This document shows positions 40,687-54,745 of a DNA stretch of 64,000 bases, piece by piece. Made by a program: the position numbers and the translations under genes. The notes below the pieces were generated by a model. That model did no database searches, was not told the DNA's origin, and worked only from the letters and a program-made list of their open reading frames with translations. Within the stretch, counting starts at the first letter, position 1. Each line of letters starts with the position of its first letter. The stretch is from the human T2T-CHM13v2.0 reference genome, Homo sapiens, in the NCBI RefSeq assembly GCF_009914755.1, contig NC_060931.1. One strand, given 5' to 3'.

Positions 40687-40941
40687 TGTTACTATAGAGT
40701 AAAATAGACTATTTCAATGACTCTGTCCTATATATCATATGTTCTTTCTTCTTTCAAATATCACAAGCAATTAATCTCTATGAAGAAACTGACAATAATG
40801 GAGAGAGTAAATGTCCAATTTATTGCCACCTGCCAGAAACAGATACTTTGAGCTTCTTTACAAATAAGGCATTCAAGTGTGTATTACTTATTCTTCAAAT
40901 ATGTTTAACCCGTAAATATCAATGAGTACCTCAGAGGCAGT
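40687..40941 (+). repeat. 255-bp dispersed direct repeat, copy 2
   Basis: Offset exactly 3020 bp from copy 1, no indels. Confidence 0.96.
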
Positions 40942-41173
40942 AACTGGCCAGTTACTTATTGCTGTGGCTGGTTACTCAATTAAAGACAAAATATGTCTGG
41001 TATGATTAAATTTTTATAAATTCAAACTCAGTACATTGTGTTCATCGAGACTATTGCAAAGTGACTGTTTTAGAATGTGCTTTAACAACTTTGCAGGTAT
41101 CAAAATTAAGATGACTGGTTTTACTTACTCTGAAAAAATCAACCTTTTCTTTCCTTTAAAGATATGATGAGCA

Positions 41174-41648
<475 letters not shown>

Positions 41649-42239
41649 AGCAGAAATTATATCTTTCTCTGCTTTTCAAGAACTTTTCTCCCTGTTTTCT
41701 TTCTATGTTTAGGATAGAGAGGGTAGTCAAATAAAGTCATCCAGGAATTTGGCAAATATTTTAGGATATGAGGTATTTACTTATTTGATTTAAATAAATT
41801 TTGTTTTCTTTAGGTGAAAATCCCTTTATTTCTCTTCTTAGTTCAAATTCTACTTCTTCTATTATTGGCAGCATTCTCTGTGATACCTGATCACAGTTGA
41901 ATTTATTTATATATACACTTATATATAAAAGTATTAGTTTAAAATATTAAGTGGCTATTAGTGGAATGAGAGGGAAAAGAAGGAGGTTGGGGAGGAGAAA
42001 TGGGAAGAGAAGCAGAGGCGGAAAAGGAAGACAAAGAGTGAGGAAGGAAACAGCGGGGTTTAGTAACACCTGGTTAATGTACTTTCTCAGTGATCCCAGG
42101 TGAACTAGTGAAGAAAAAAATTATCGTTTTCATAATGTACTGCTGTTATAAACTATTTTTATTAAAGGTATGTTCTTCTAGGATGTACTTTACACTCACT
42201 GAGATATGTGAGATTAACAGTGGATAGTGAATAACTAAA

Positions 42240-42420
42240 TTTGTAGGAAATTTGCTATGTGCCTGGCACTTCATTATGTTACTTATGCAGTCCTCACAGC
42301 AATACAGTAATTTTGGCACTGTCGTCCCTGTTTTATGATAAGAAAACTAATGTCCAGAAAGTTATTGCAATTTGACCAACTAATCTTTGGACTTGAAACC
42401 AGATGTAATCTGTTTCCTCC
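42240..42420 (-). mobile_element. MIR
   Basis: CTATGTGCCTGGCACT...GTCCTCACAGCAA...CCCTGTTTTATGATAAGAAAACT. Confidence 0.7.
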
Positions 42421-43943
42421 TTATTTCATTTCACTTCATTGCCTCCCTTGGCAGTTAACTTTGCCCTCATTTTTGTGTATCATTACTCATTGAAGAACAA
42501 TTAATATACAATAGAAAGCAAAAATCTAGTGTGTTCAGTTTGATGAATTACGACCTTTTATACATCTGAGTTACCACCACCTGCAAACAAAATATATACT
42601 ATTTCTATTACACCAGGAAAATATTCTGGTGTTTTCTAGTCAATGCCGTACTTTTAGGAAGCAGCCTAACTTGGGTTTATGTATTCATAGCTTAATTTTG
42701 TCTGTTACTGTACTTTATTTTATATACAAATAGTGTGTTTTCCTTCTGTTTGCTTTCTTTTATTCAACATAATGTTTTTGATATTCATCAATGTTATTTT
42801 GTGTTTTAGTAGTTTATACCTTTTATTGCTGAGTTGAACTTCATTGTATGAATATGGCATTCTCCTACTGATGGACAAATATTTGTTTTGATTCTAGTTT
42901 GTAGATAAATACACTGTCTACAGTATGGTTTGCAGAGGCATATGGCAGGTTCATGTTTTGCTTTATAATAAACTAACAGTTTTTCAAAGCAGTTGTACCA
43001 TTTTACACTACCACCCATAAGTTACAATGCATTCAGTTGTTCCACATCTTCACTAATATTTGATACTTTCAGTTTTATTTTTTTCTCATTATTTTAGCTA
43101 TTCTGGTGAGTGTAAAATTTTCTTTCTGTCTCACTTTAACTTGCACTTTTTTGAGGACTAAAGATATTGATCAAATTTTGCTGCGATTACTTGTCTTTTT
43201 CTACATCATCTTGAAGTTTCTATATGAATTTTATGTCCATTATTATTAAATGTTATATTATTTTCATTATTGATTTGTAGGAGATATTTATATGCTCTGG
43301 ATATGACTCCTTTGATTTATGTCTAGAGATAATTTTATGGCATTTTTCGCTATATCTATATGTACATATGTTATGATACATCAATATGCAATTTTCATAA
43401 TGGTATATTTTAATGAACAGAAACGTTTAATTTTAAAGAAGTTCAAAACTATTATTATGTTTTAATTTTATTGTTAGTGTTTTTTATCTCTTGTCAAAAA
43501 ATACTTGTCTACTTCACAATCACAAACATATTTTTTCTATATTTTATACTGAAGGTTTTATAATTTTAGCATTTACATTAGGGCCATAATTCATTATGAA
43601 TTTTTACAAAAAAAGTAACATGGGAATTATGAGTCTGTTTATTCCATATGGCTATCCAGGTTTTCAGAGCCCTTTGTTAAGAAGTCTTCACTTACAAAAT
43701 TGTCTTGTACATAGATCAAACATTATTTGTTCTTTTGTGGGCTGGTCTACTTCAGGATTCTCTATTCAGTTGCATTGATCTTTGTCTACCCTTAGGGCAA
43801 TACCAAACTCTTTTTATTATTGTAGATTTATAGTAAGTTTTGAAACCTAGTAAATCCTACTTTATTCTTTTTCAGGAGTGTCTTGGCTGTCCTATGTCCT
43901 TTGCATTTCTATATAAATTTTTATCACCTTGAAGCTGGCCAAT

Positions 43944-43946
<3 letters not shown>

Positions 43947-43973
<27 letters not shown>
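43947..43973. repeat. (CA)n microsatellite
   Basis: Read directly. Confidence 0.95.
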
Positions 43974-43977
<4 letters not shown>

Positions 43978-45361
43978 CCTTGCTGGCATTTTGATTGAGT
44001 TTTCAAATCAGAAATGAATTTTAATTTAAATATATTTGGCAGACTGGATATATTTAAAGCCAAAGGTATGGTGATTCAATATATATATGCATTATGTATG
44101 ATTGCCATAAACAAATCTTTAAGATTTTGAGTCAGTGCACGAGGTATATCCTTCTCTTTAGATCTTAATTGATTTCAGAACTGTTTTGTGGTTATCTGTA
44201 TAGAAAATTTCCTCATGTTTTGTTAAATGGATATCCTAGCTGTTTGATGAATTTGGTCCTATTGTCAATGGTATTATTTTATTTTATTTCCACATAGCAT
44301 TGCTAGTATGTATAAATTGAAAGGATTTTTGCATATTGACAATATATAGTAAAATTTTCTAAATTTTCATTTATGTTTCAGTGGACTTCTTTGTAAAATC
44401 TGTAGAATTTTCTGCATACACAGTCATTTAATCTGAGAACAACCAAGATTTTATTTTTTCCTTCAATCTTTATGCCTTTTATTTCTTTTGCATGAATTAT
44501 CGCCCTGTCAAGAGAGCTGGTGAAAGTAAGCATCCTTCCTTATCCTGATCACAGTGAAAGAGCATTCAGTGTTTCACCATGAAGTATGAGGTTACCTGTA
44601 GAAATTTCATAAATAAAATTTAACGTATTGAGAAATTCTCTTACATCCTCAATTTTCTGGATTTTTAAAAAATTTATGAATTGGTATTGAATTTTATCAA
44701 ATGTATTTTCTATATCTAATGAGATAGTGGCATATTTTTTCCTTATTCTGTTAATGTGATGATACTGATTGATTTTCAATTTAAAGCAAACTTGCATTTC
44801 ATGACTCATTGTCCGTTCAATTTACTTTGCTAACATTAAATTAATGATATTTTCAGTTATGTTTAAGGTGGGTTGTAATAATCCTTATTTAAAAAATTTA
44901 AAAGTGTTTCATCCTCCTCTATTTTCTTAATAAAAGTTTAATCAGATTTATTATTTTATTCTTAAATATTTTATAGAATTCACCAATAAAATTTTGGGCC
45001 TTGGAGGATTTCATTACAAATTTAATTTAATAGATATAGGGCTCTAAAGATTTTCTATTTTGTGTCATGTGAGTTTTGATAACTTGTGTTCTACAAAGTA
45101 GTCCATCTCATGTTCATTTTCTAACTTATCAGCATAAAGTTGTTTATCATATACTTATAATTATTATTATATTTTTGATATCTATAGGTTCTGTAGTGAC
45201 TCTCCCCTCCCCCTTTCGCCTTCAGAATATTGGTAGTTTTTTATCTCTCTCTCTCTTTTCTCTTGATGGGTCTTTCTGGAATTTTATTATTCTGTTCAAA
45301 AAATAATTTTTTTACCTTTTTTCCAGATTGTCTTTCCATTTAAATATAATAATAATTATTA

Positions 45362-45567
45362 TTTTTTTTTGAGTTGGAGTCTCACTCTGTCGCCCAGGCT
45401 GGCGTGCAATTGTGCTATCTTGGCTCTCTGCAACCTCCGCCTCCCAGGTTCAAGCGATTCTCCTGCCTCAGTCTCCTGAATAGCTGGGATTACAGGCACG
45501 TGCCACCACGCCTGGTTAATTTTTGTATTTTTAGTAGAGATAGGGTTTCACCATGTTGGTCAGGCTG
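45362..45567 (-). mobile_element. 5'-truncated AluS
   Basis: Poly-T, then GAGTTGGAGTCTCACTCTGTCGCCCAGGCTGG..., ending at CCATGTTGGTCAGGCTG. Confidence 0.92.
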
Positions 45568-45674
45568 ACTACTTTCTATTCTTATATTTATTATTTTATT
45601 TGAGTTTAATTTGTTCTTTTTCTAATGTATTAAGATAGAAGATTAAATAATTTTGTTTGCCTCATTCATTGTTC

Positions 45675-46168
45675 TAATAGTTTCCTATTTCTCCTGTAGA
45701 AATTACCATTAATTGAGTGACTTAAAGCAATTTATTATCCTATAGTTCTAGAGGAAATTATAGGAAAAACCGAAGGTCACAGTGTTTCACTGTGCTAAAA
45801 TCAAGATACCAGCAAGGTTGCATTTCCTTCTAAAAGCTCTATGAGGAAATCTGTTTCTTTTCCTTTTCCAGACCATTAGAGGCTACTCCCTCTCCAGAGC
45901 TTGTGAGCCACAGCCAGCATTGAGTTTATTTCAACCTCTGCTTCCATAGTCACATTTGCTCCTCCCATTCTGTCCTTGCCTCTCTCCTATAAAGACCTTT
46001 GTGATTACATTCAGCCACTGGAACAGTGCAGGACGATTTTCTCCTCCCAAGATCTTGGACTAAATCACATCTGCAAAAGTCTCTTTTGCCATGTAAAGTG
46101 ACGTATTTACAGCTCTCAGGGTTTAGGACATGTCTATTTATAAGCAGCCATTATTCTACCCCATCACA
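45675..46168 (-). mobile_element. MLT1D/E-type MaLR LTR
   Basis: TATAAAGACCTTTGTGATTACATT...AATCACATCTGCAAAAGTCTCTTTTGCCATGTAAAGTGAC...GCCATTATTCTACCCCATCACA. Confidence 0.82.
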
Positions 46169-46564
46169 AAATATAAAGCTCTTAATTTCATTCTAAGCAT
46201 TGTGCTATCTATATCCAATATATCTTGTATATTGTGCTTGAATTTTAATTCACGACAAAATGTATGTGTGTTTTTGATTTTTTATTACTCGCATGAATCC
46301 TATTTTAGCCCATAGATTATTTACAATTTTGTTTCCTAATTTCCAAATAGGGACTGTTCCTAATGTAATTTTGTTATTCATTTTTATTTTAATACTATTT
46401 TCATCAGACAATATACTCTCCAGAATTTCAGTACTTTGAAATTTATTAAGACTTGTTTTAGGGCTCAATATATATATGATCTGTCTTGATAATTGTTCTA
46501 TGATTATTTGAAACATGGTGTATTTTGCAGTTGCTGATTATAGTGTTCTATATATTTAAGTCAG

Positions 46565-46735
46565 ATTGATACGTATCAAAACATCACTCTGTATCTCATA
46601 AATATAAGTAATTATTTCATGTCAAAGAAAAATAATAGAAAAAATCCTTAAAAAGTTAAACATATATTTTTGATATGACTCACAAATTCCATTCCTAGGC
46701 ATACACCCCATAGCAATGAAAACGTATGTCAACAC
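46565..46735 (+). mobile_element. Short sense L1 3' fragments
   Basis: ACGTATCAAAACATCACTCTGTATCTCATAAATATA and ATATGACTCACAAATTCCATTCCTAGGCATACACCC. Confidence 0.6.
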
Positions 46736-47217
46736 CAGTATCTATCCTTCCATTTATGTTTTCTTGTTTTCTTCTTCAGGTGCCTTATGGTTTAAAACAT
46801 ACTTATGCCCTTTATAATTTAATCAGCCTTCTCATTATTAAGGTAAGAGTGATGATCTCTTCCAACATTCTACGTCCTAGTAGAATTCAGAATCCAAACT
46901 TTGAGTTTACTTTAATCTCAAGCATTGCAAATTATTTGCGTTCAGCCTTTAAAAAGCTATTCAAGTTGGGGACACTGTAGTATATATGTTTTGATTGTTT
47001 GCACACTTACTAATTTGGGAGTCAAAACTGACAATAACTAGAGAGTTTTAGTCTAAAAGTGTTTATAAGTTATGTTAAAAATCATATCTATATTATTTCT
47101 AAATATCGAATAAAATTGCCTTGGAATTGTATTTTTAAATGTTCTTCTATTATTTAATCCGGCCATCTTAACATAAATATCCACAAATATAATTTTTACC
47201 TGTTTTTTAAAAAATAT

Positions 47218-47562
47218 ATTTCAGTTCTCTGTATCCACAAGTTCTACATTCACAAATTCAACCAAACTCTAATCAAAAATATTCAGAACCAAACAAACAA
47301 TAAAAATACCAATACAGTCATTAAAAAATACAAATTAAGGACAATGGTTATAACAACTCTATAATAGTATAATGACTATTTACATAGCATTTACAGTGTA
47401 TTAGACATTATATGTAATCTAGAGATGATTTGAAGTATATGGGATTGTGTTCATTGGTTATATGCAAATATGACGCCATTTTATATAAGGGACTTGCACA
47501 CATGCAGATTTGCACACACGGGGGCTCCTAGAACAAAATCCCTGCAGAGTGAGGGATGATTG
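47218..47562 (+). mobile_element. MER2/MER2B (TcMar-Tigger MITE)
   Basis: CTATTTACATAGCATTTACAGTGTATTAG...TAATCTAGAGATGATTT...GCCATTTTATATAAGGGACTTG; ends GAGGGATGATTG-TA. Confidence 0.88.
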
Positions 47563-49354
47563 TACTTATAAGATAATTTTTAACATATGATAAAAGTGTG
47601 TATGTGTGTACTTGTGTATATGTGTATAATTATGCACAAAAAAGTAGATTAGCTTACTTTCTATTTTCTACCAGATGAGTTTGTCAGTGTAAAATCTAAG
47701 ACAGGGACAAAGTTTTCTGGTGGGATCTCTAATCATTTTACAGTAAACAAATTGGAAAAGGGAATTGTGCCAGCCTCAAAAGTTCATAAGACATTTAGAC
47801 AATTTGCAAAAGCACACTCAAAATACTTTTTATAAATTATACTCCAGATAGCCTTTACATATGCCTATCAAACCTATTGGTTTTAACAGCATTATGCTCA
47901 CGTTTTTTTTAATGAAATAAAATTCTTCTATAATCACTCTTACAACCTATTTTTGCTTCAAAGTGTAAAATGGTAATCATTCAAAAGCAATAAGAGGCTT
48001 TCAAACTACAGTAACATTCAACGATACAGAGTGCTTATCCCACTTTCCTTTATCAGATGTGAATAATCAATTTTAAGACTTAAATATGGGAGCAGGAAGA
48101 ACTCTTTAAATAAAGGAAATCAAAACAAGCTACTAGAATCATGACTTGGAACTTTTGAAGCTCAGATAATTAGTTGACTGCTGCTGCCTAATTTCATAAT
48201 TGTGAAGGCAATGGCACTGATAACAGTTGCAAAACATTCACAACTTAAATTAATTAATTGCTGAAATGCGACTGATAGAATGAGGAAAGTGGTTTGTTTA
48301 TGCTGTTTTTTTTTTTTTTTTTTTTTTCTGCCAGGAAACAAGCCAGGGATCTGAGCCTAAATAGAAAAGGAGGACATAAAGACAGTTGAGACAAAATGGT
48401 TTTTATTAGGTGGTGGATACATTCTGCTTCTAATATATTCTGTCAAAAAACAAACAAATGAAAACCTCAAACCAGAGAAGGTACAAGTACAGTTGGGAAC
48501 CCTTAGTGATACCCAAAGATTTAAGAAAACTGTATGGTATCTCTTTCTTGCCCTTGTAAGTTTGTATCTGTCTTAATATAATATTCATACCTTTTGATAA
48601 GGCATGCTACTTTGAGGCAGATGTAGGTGGTGAGAAGTGGTAGAGGTGAGAAAATTAGAAAGGAAATACATATCTTCATTTTAAAGGTTATTTTTCTGAG
48701 TATAAGATATTTTATTCAAATTAATCATGAAGGATCGAGCAACTTATTGTTTAAAAATTTTTTATAGATATTATACACTTAATGTAGTCTTTGTGCTTCA
48801 TGATTAAGATATTCTTTAAGGGCTTTGGCGATTCTCAAAAGATCTAATTTCTGTGCAGCAAAGAAAACCTTGATTCAAATAAATATATACATTCTTTTTC
48901 TGATTTTCCCTTGAGCTCCCCACAATACCTATGACAAGGAAGACGGAAGATGTATCTGACCAGACCCCTAAAGCCCACCTTAGGTGAGTCTGCAAGTATA
49001 ACAATGACATTGCCACAGACCCTTTTTCTTATGCAGGGCCCTGTTATTATCTCGTCCACTTAGAACTTAGATATTTATTGTAGGAGAACCTTTAATTCTA
49101 CATACTTCCTACTTCTTAATCTACCATTTTATTATCATCACTTATAAATGCTGAATCTACTTTATAATTTTCTTTATGTTAGACAAAAAAACTTTGGGGA
49201 GCCTGAGAACACCAGTATCCCAAAGCAACATCTGACACGCTTAAGGTATTAAGGAACACTGCTGTAATCATGTGCCTCAACCCCATGGTTCTGGTCAGAG
49301 ATATCATATTAATCAGAATTAATCCCATACATATATTTGGTTATAACAAAATAT

Positions 49355-49440
49355 GTAAAATAGGCATTATCCCTCTATTCACAGATAATGAAACTGCTGC
49401 TAAAGGGGAAAATTGACTTGCTCAAGGTTACGTAATTAGT
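49355..49440 (-). mobile_element. MIR core fragment
   Basis: ATTATCCCTCTATTCACAGATAATGAAACTG...TGACTTGCTCAAGGTTAC. Confidence 0.7.
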
Positions 49441-49525
49441 GTCTTCATTTTATACATAAAAGTGTTGAACTAAATGATTCTAAGTTTTACTCTACTTTCT
49501 ACATCTAAGAATATTAATTAGTACA

Positions 49526-49663
49526 GGTTGAGTGCTGTGGCTCACGCCTGTAATCACAGCACTTTGGGAGGCCAAGGCAGGTAGATCACCTGAGGTCAGG
49601 AGTTCAAGACCAGCCTGGCCAACATGGTGAAACCCCATCTCTACTAAAAAAATACAAAAATTA
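49526..49663 (+). mobile_element. AluSx-like left monomer plus linker only
   Basis: GATCACCTGAGGTCAGGAGTTCAAGACCAGCC...AAAAAAATACAAAAATTA, immediately followed by a new Alu 5' end. Confidence 0.9.
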
Positions 49664-49985
<322 letters not shown>

Positions 49986-50975
49986 TCAAGAATACTTTCT
50001 GATATCATCAGGTTTTGGTTAGTGCACTTTTTATGAGCTGGAGGTATAGGTAAGAAAGCATTCTTTTTGGCAAAGTATGCATATTTTGATTAGGACTGAC
50101 TTAGCCAGTGCCTACTTTAGTGTTGCCAGTAATTTTTTTAAGTCTTGGTATAAGAACATTACAATTCTAACATAGAGTGAGGCTCCCACTGATCTTATGA
50201 AGTCTCTAATATCCCTGCATAGTTCACTTTTTTGCCTTGATGAATCAGATTACCCTTCCAAAAACACAGAGATAACATAAAATGAGTTACTTCACTCTGA
50301 GTGAGCTGTCACCCAGAAGGGTCGGCCGTCTAAGTAGGAAAACAATGTATTGGGACTAAGACTGAGAGTCCATTAAAGAATTAATTTGCTTAGGTGGTCA
50401 TGAGGTGGGAGGGTGGTGAGTGGAAATGAGCCAGAACAGCTCGAAAAATAATAAGATGGGAATTTTGATGTTAGCATCTACGAGAACAAAGAAACCTAGA
50501 AATTCCGTTCCTAGAAATTCTCAAATTATTAATAAAACTTTCCTCCTTTAGAAAATTTTCTATCATTAGTCCTCATATTGACTAGTTTTGTGACCTCTGG
50601 CTCATGGATGCTGTTAGTATTCCAATATTTTACATGCATTTATTTTTTTAAAAATTACAGTATTCTCCTATTTCTATGTTATGTTACAGTATTCCAAATT
50701 TAATTTACTGATGATATTAATTTTACAATTATGTCTATATTTATTTATTAATGTATTTTTTCTGTCTTTTTAATCTAGTATACAATTCAAGCAGGTTTTC
50801 AATAAATGTTAGCAACTGACAGAATGTTGTGGTATGTTTTAATATATTTTAGCATAAGGCTTTTTGAGAGGTAATATATGTATCTCTACATAAAAATCAA
50901 ACAATTTATAATTGCTTTTCCTATAGTATTTAAAAATATTTTATTAATAGTTTTATTGAGATATAATTCACATAT

Positions 50976-51498
50976 CGTCAAAGTAAAAGTGTACCAGATG
51001 GAGTTAAATAGGCAAGGAAGACTAAAGCTATTGAGATAACAGAGAGAGAGATTGAAATAAACCTTTCTGAAACAAAAGAGGGGAAAGTTTTTAAGTGCTG
51101 TGGCGAATTTGTTGAAAAGTCCTGGAAGACATGTTGTGTGGGAGGCTGGTCAATGTGATTAGTCCACGTAATGAACTGTTAGAGGGACTATTTGCTAATT
51201 GGCACTTATGAAATTTAGGTCCCTACCCTCCTGCAGAGACTGAAAGATAAGGGTGCTATCTTTCTTAATAATTGCATTTCAAAGGGATGATTCCCAGGTC
51301 CTTGAGAAAAATATTTCTGGGCTTTGAAACTGTCAAGAAGCTGGGAGAAAATCTACATCTCAAAGGAGTAGAGAAATAATTTATAATTGCAAGTTTGGTA
51401 ACATAAATGATCTAAGAAAATAAATCAGGAGCCCAGAGTCAGAAGAAAATCTCTGAAGTTTACTAAAATTGAGGGGAACATTAAAGCCATTTTGTTCA
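50976..51498 (-). mobile_element. ERV1 solo LTR, MER67/MER31 group
   Basis: The minus strand begins TGAACAAAATGGCTTTAATGTTCCCCTCAATTTTAGTAAACTT...CCTTTGAGATGTAGATT...AAGGACCTGGGAATCATCCCTTTGAAATG. Confidence 0.75.
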
Positions 51499-52439
51499 CC
51501 ATCTCATAATATTAAATACATAATGGCAAAAAAAGGAAAAGACTCATATGCGATTTTGTTTGTTAAAAATCATGACAACCTGCACGTATATTGGCACATG
51601 ATAGTACATGTCCATGATATAAGAGCCACATTTCTCCAATCTAAAAAACATACAAAAACAAAAACACAAGGTAGTCACATGTACTTAAAACAACCCTGTG
51701 GTATTCCTAAAAGCCCATTGTATGCAAATTGGGACCTCTTGGACTAAAGCTCTGCAGCCTGCCAGTCTGTAGGCTCAGGCTGAGTTCACGGCTACACTCT
51801 GGGCAGTTGACACAATCTCAGTCTTATGATGATGATGATCAGCATATTAGTTAACTAAGTCCCACCCTAAACATTGACCAGCTTTCAAATGAAGGTTTTT
51901 CCTAGGGAGGGAGCATAACTTTTAAGTAATCCCTTTCTTCTCAGCAGAGGTTTATTCCTAGAGAGTGATTCGGCTTTGAGTTTTCGGCAACCAACCCCTG
52001 CAGTGGCAGGGAGAATGAGAGACTCATTCAGATGGGAGAATAGTACTGTTGAATCACAGACGTACTGAGATTCCCTCTCAGAGTGGAGTTCTCTAGTAAT
52101 GCTGTAGCATTGAATGCTCTTTTCCCCCCCGCCGCCCCCGCAAGTCCATTTTGAACAAAAATGGACTTTTCCTTGGATTAGAAGCTATTTTGATAAAAGG
52201 AAATGAATTTAAACCCACTTATCTTACAAAGAGACAGCATTTACTCTCAAAAGAGTTCTGTATTTGGAGCTGGAAAACTAGTCTGAATTATTTTGCTTTT
52301 TTTTTTTTTACAAGGGTGTCTATCTGCAGACGTAATAATTATTATTTGCCAATATCATTACTGTAAGAAAATATACTGAAAAAATCCAGACCTAATAAAA
52401 TAAAAGGTAGCTGAACAGAAAGTCAACCAACCAACTAAA

Positions 52440-52710
52440 CAAATGAGTGAAATGCAAATACAAGAGTCCCCTCATACAACAGAAATAATCAATAGTAAAA
52501 TCAAATTGACAGAGGTGACTTATTTGCAGTATCACTAAGAACTATAGGGTACCTAGAGAAAGCTAACAAAAAAGTACAGCCCTATATAAAGTTTTATAGA
52601 CTTTACTGAAAAATATAAAAGAAAACCTAATACATGGAAAGACATCTTGTGTTCCTGGATAGGGTGTGTTTTAATGATACAGATACTTTGTCAAATTACA
52701 TAAATAAACT
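52440..52710 (+). mobile_element. L1ME ORF2 fragment (continues near 54760-55050)
   Basis: AAAAGAAAACCTAATACATGGAAAGACATCTTGTGTTCCTGGATAGG. Confidence 0.65.
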
Positions 52711-54175
52711 GAAGTTTCTATCTCTGCCTTTTATTGCATCAAAAGGAAACATCCAAGTAGAATTTAATTAAATGTGGATGTCAAGCTTCGGACCACTTTA
52801 TCAAAAATATAAGCATGTACAGACAGAGGGACCATTAGAGAGTTATCCCAACAAGGCAGATGAATTAGAGGTGAAAGATGCTATTCTAATAGCAAATTGA
52901 GTGAGAAATGCCATATATGTATCTTGACAAAATGGATAAAGAAAAAACATAGTGATTACAAATGTGTACTCTATTTCCTATATAGACAACTTTATGTGAT
53001 CTACTCCAGTGTTAATATCCAGGTTAATAATTGTGGGAACAATGCCCATATTAAACATCCAGATAATCTACATATTTTATATAATCCCAATAAAAACATT
53101 TTTCAGAAATTTTAGAGAAATCAGCAGTACCATTTGCTGAATAACAATGCTTCTTTTTGTCTGACATGTCCTAACTGAGTCTCTGAGTTTCTCTTCTTCC
53201 AAACCAAAGTGCTTCACATGGTCTCATTTTCTCCAGGTGTTATCAGCTCTTGTATCTTGCATGCTGTTTGCAATTCTTCCCGACATTTCAGACATTTTTT
53301 GGTCCTGCTCCAGGCCACTTTCATGAAGCCATGTGGAATGGCAGAATAAGAGGGCAGGGTCCCACTCCTGGAGCACAGATCCATAGTGCATGTGGCTGTG
53401 TTCAGGCCCAGGTGCCTTTCTGCAGGATTCTGCTTGCAAAATTTCCCAGTAACACCAGAATGCCGCTAGAGTGGCAAATCCCTGAATCCCTACAGAGTTT
53501 AATGCCGAGCAAAGGAAAAAGTGTGATTCCTTCCTAGGAGGTATAATACATTATTTCTGGAACATTAAGAAACCCAAACTTCGGAAGTAGGCAAACAAAT
53601 GGAAAAATGAACAACCTTTCTTTTTTTATTCCCAGATATGGGCAGGACGGTTAATGCATTCCCCTGGTGAAAGGCTTATGATTGATGATCTCTCATTATG
53701 GGAAGATAAGTAGAATTATTTTCTGAATGATTCAAGAAGTTGTCTCCAGGCTTGTAGCAACAGTGACTCTCTTCTTTCGCCACATACCCAGTGAGAGGAT
53801 TGGCAAGGTCTAGGTGTTCATGCCCTCCAGATGCTATCACTACTGTTGTCTGGCTGCATGGTAGGTTTTGACTCCCCTAAATAGCTAAGCAGCCACCTTA
53901 TCCACAGCCACTGTCACAAGAAAGGCCATGAAAATGGAAAGCAGAGGGCAAGTTTCTTTACTGGAGCAGAAAACTGCAGTGTGTCCAACTGCATGAAACC
54001 TCAAGCACACCTCTCCACAGATACTCAAACACAGGGGGGCTTTATGTTTCATCTTTCTGATACTGCTTGAAAAGTTTCCTTAATATGTTGAGTTTCTTTT
54101 ATACCACAAGACATTTTAGTGTTTGCCTTTGCTCAAGAGTCTGTAACACTTTATTCTAAAATTTATCCTGAGAAT

Positions 54176-54745
54176 ATGTTAATTTTCCATTACAACAAAT
54201 TTAGTGGCTTAAGCCAACACAAATTTGTTATCTCATAGTTTCTTTAGGTGAGAAATTTGGGTATAGCTTAGTTATAGCTTGGTAGAGTTCTCTGCTTCAC
54301 ATCTTACAAGGCCAAAGTTAGTGTTTACTGGGCTGCATTCTTATCTGGAGGCTTGCCTGAGGAAGACTTGTACTCCAAGATCATTCATGTTGTAAGCGAA
54401 ATTTATCCCCATGGCAGTTTTCTAGCTGAGTGTTAGTCAGGGAGTGCTCTTATCTCCTGAAGGATGCCCATAGTGCCTTGCCACCTGGCCCTCTCCCAGG
54501 TCCTTACGTAACATAGCAGCTTATCTCTTCAAAGCCAGCAAGTAAGTTTTTCAATCTGGTCAACTGAGATGGAGTCTTATATATAAGAATGTGATCATGG
54601 GAGTGACATCCCATGACATTTTCCATATTCTATTTGGTAAAGCAAATCACAACTTTCACCCTCACTCAAGTTCCACTCTCATTCAAGTGGACGGGGTTAT
54701 ATGAGGTCATGACTTATCAGGGGATCACCTTGTATGTGTCTGTCA
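54176..54745 (-). mobile_element. MLT1E/F-type MaLR LTR
   Basis: CAAATTTAGTGGCTTAAGCCAACAC...GGGCTGCATTCTTATCTGGAGGCT...ATCATGGGAGTGACATCCCATGAC. Confidence 0.8.

Larger units (their letters stand above)
42490..46560 (-). mobile_element. Old L1 (L1MD/L1ME-like) 3'UTR and ORF2 remnant hosting nested elements
   Basis: Antisense L1 motifs throughout. ORF 44549-44809 (HHINRI...ISLDIE.TFDKIQ) and ORF 46250-46516 (KTSLNKFQ..EIL.SILSD.N.IK) match ORF2 RT and EN segments. Confidence 0.85.

Noticed and set aside
53150-54050. GC-richer segment with overlapping ORFs
   Set aside because: No recognisable protein. Possibly a decayed LTR/MaLR-internal sequence that I cannot assign.
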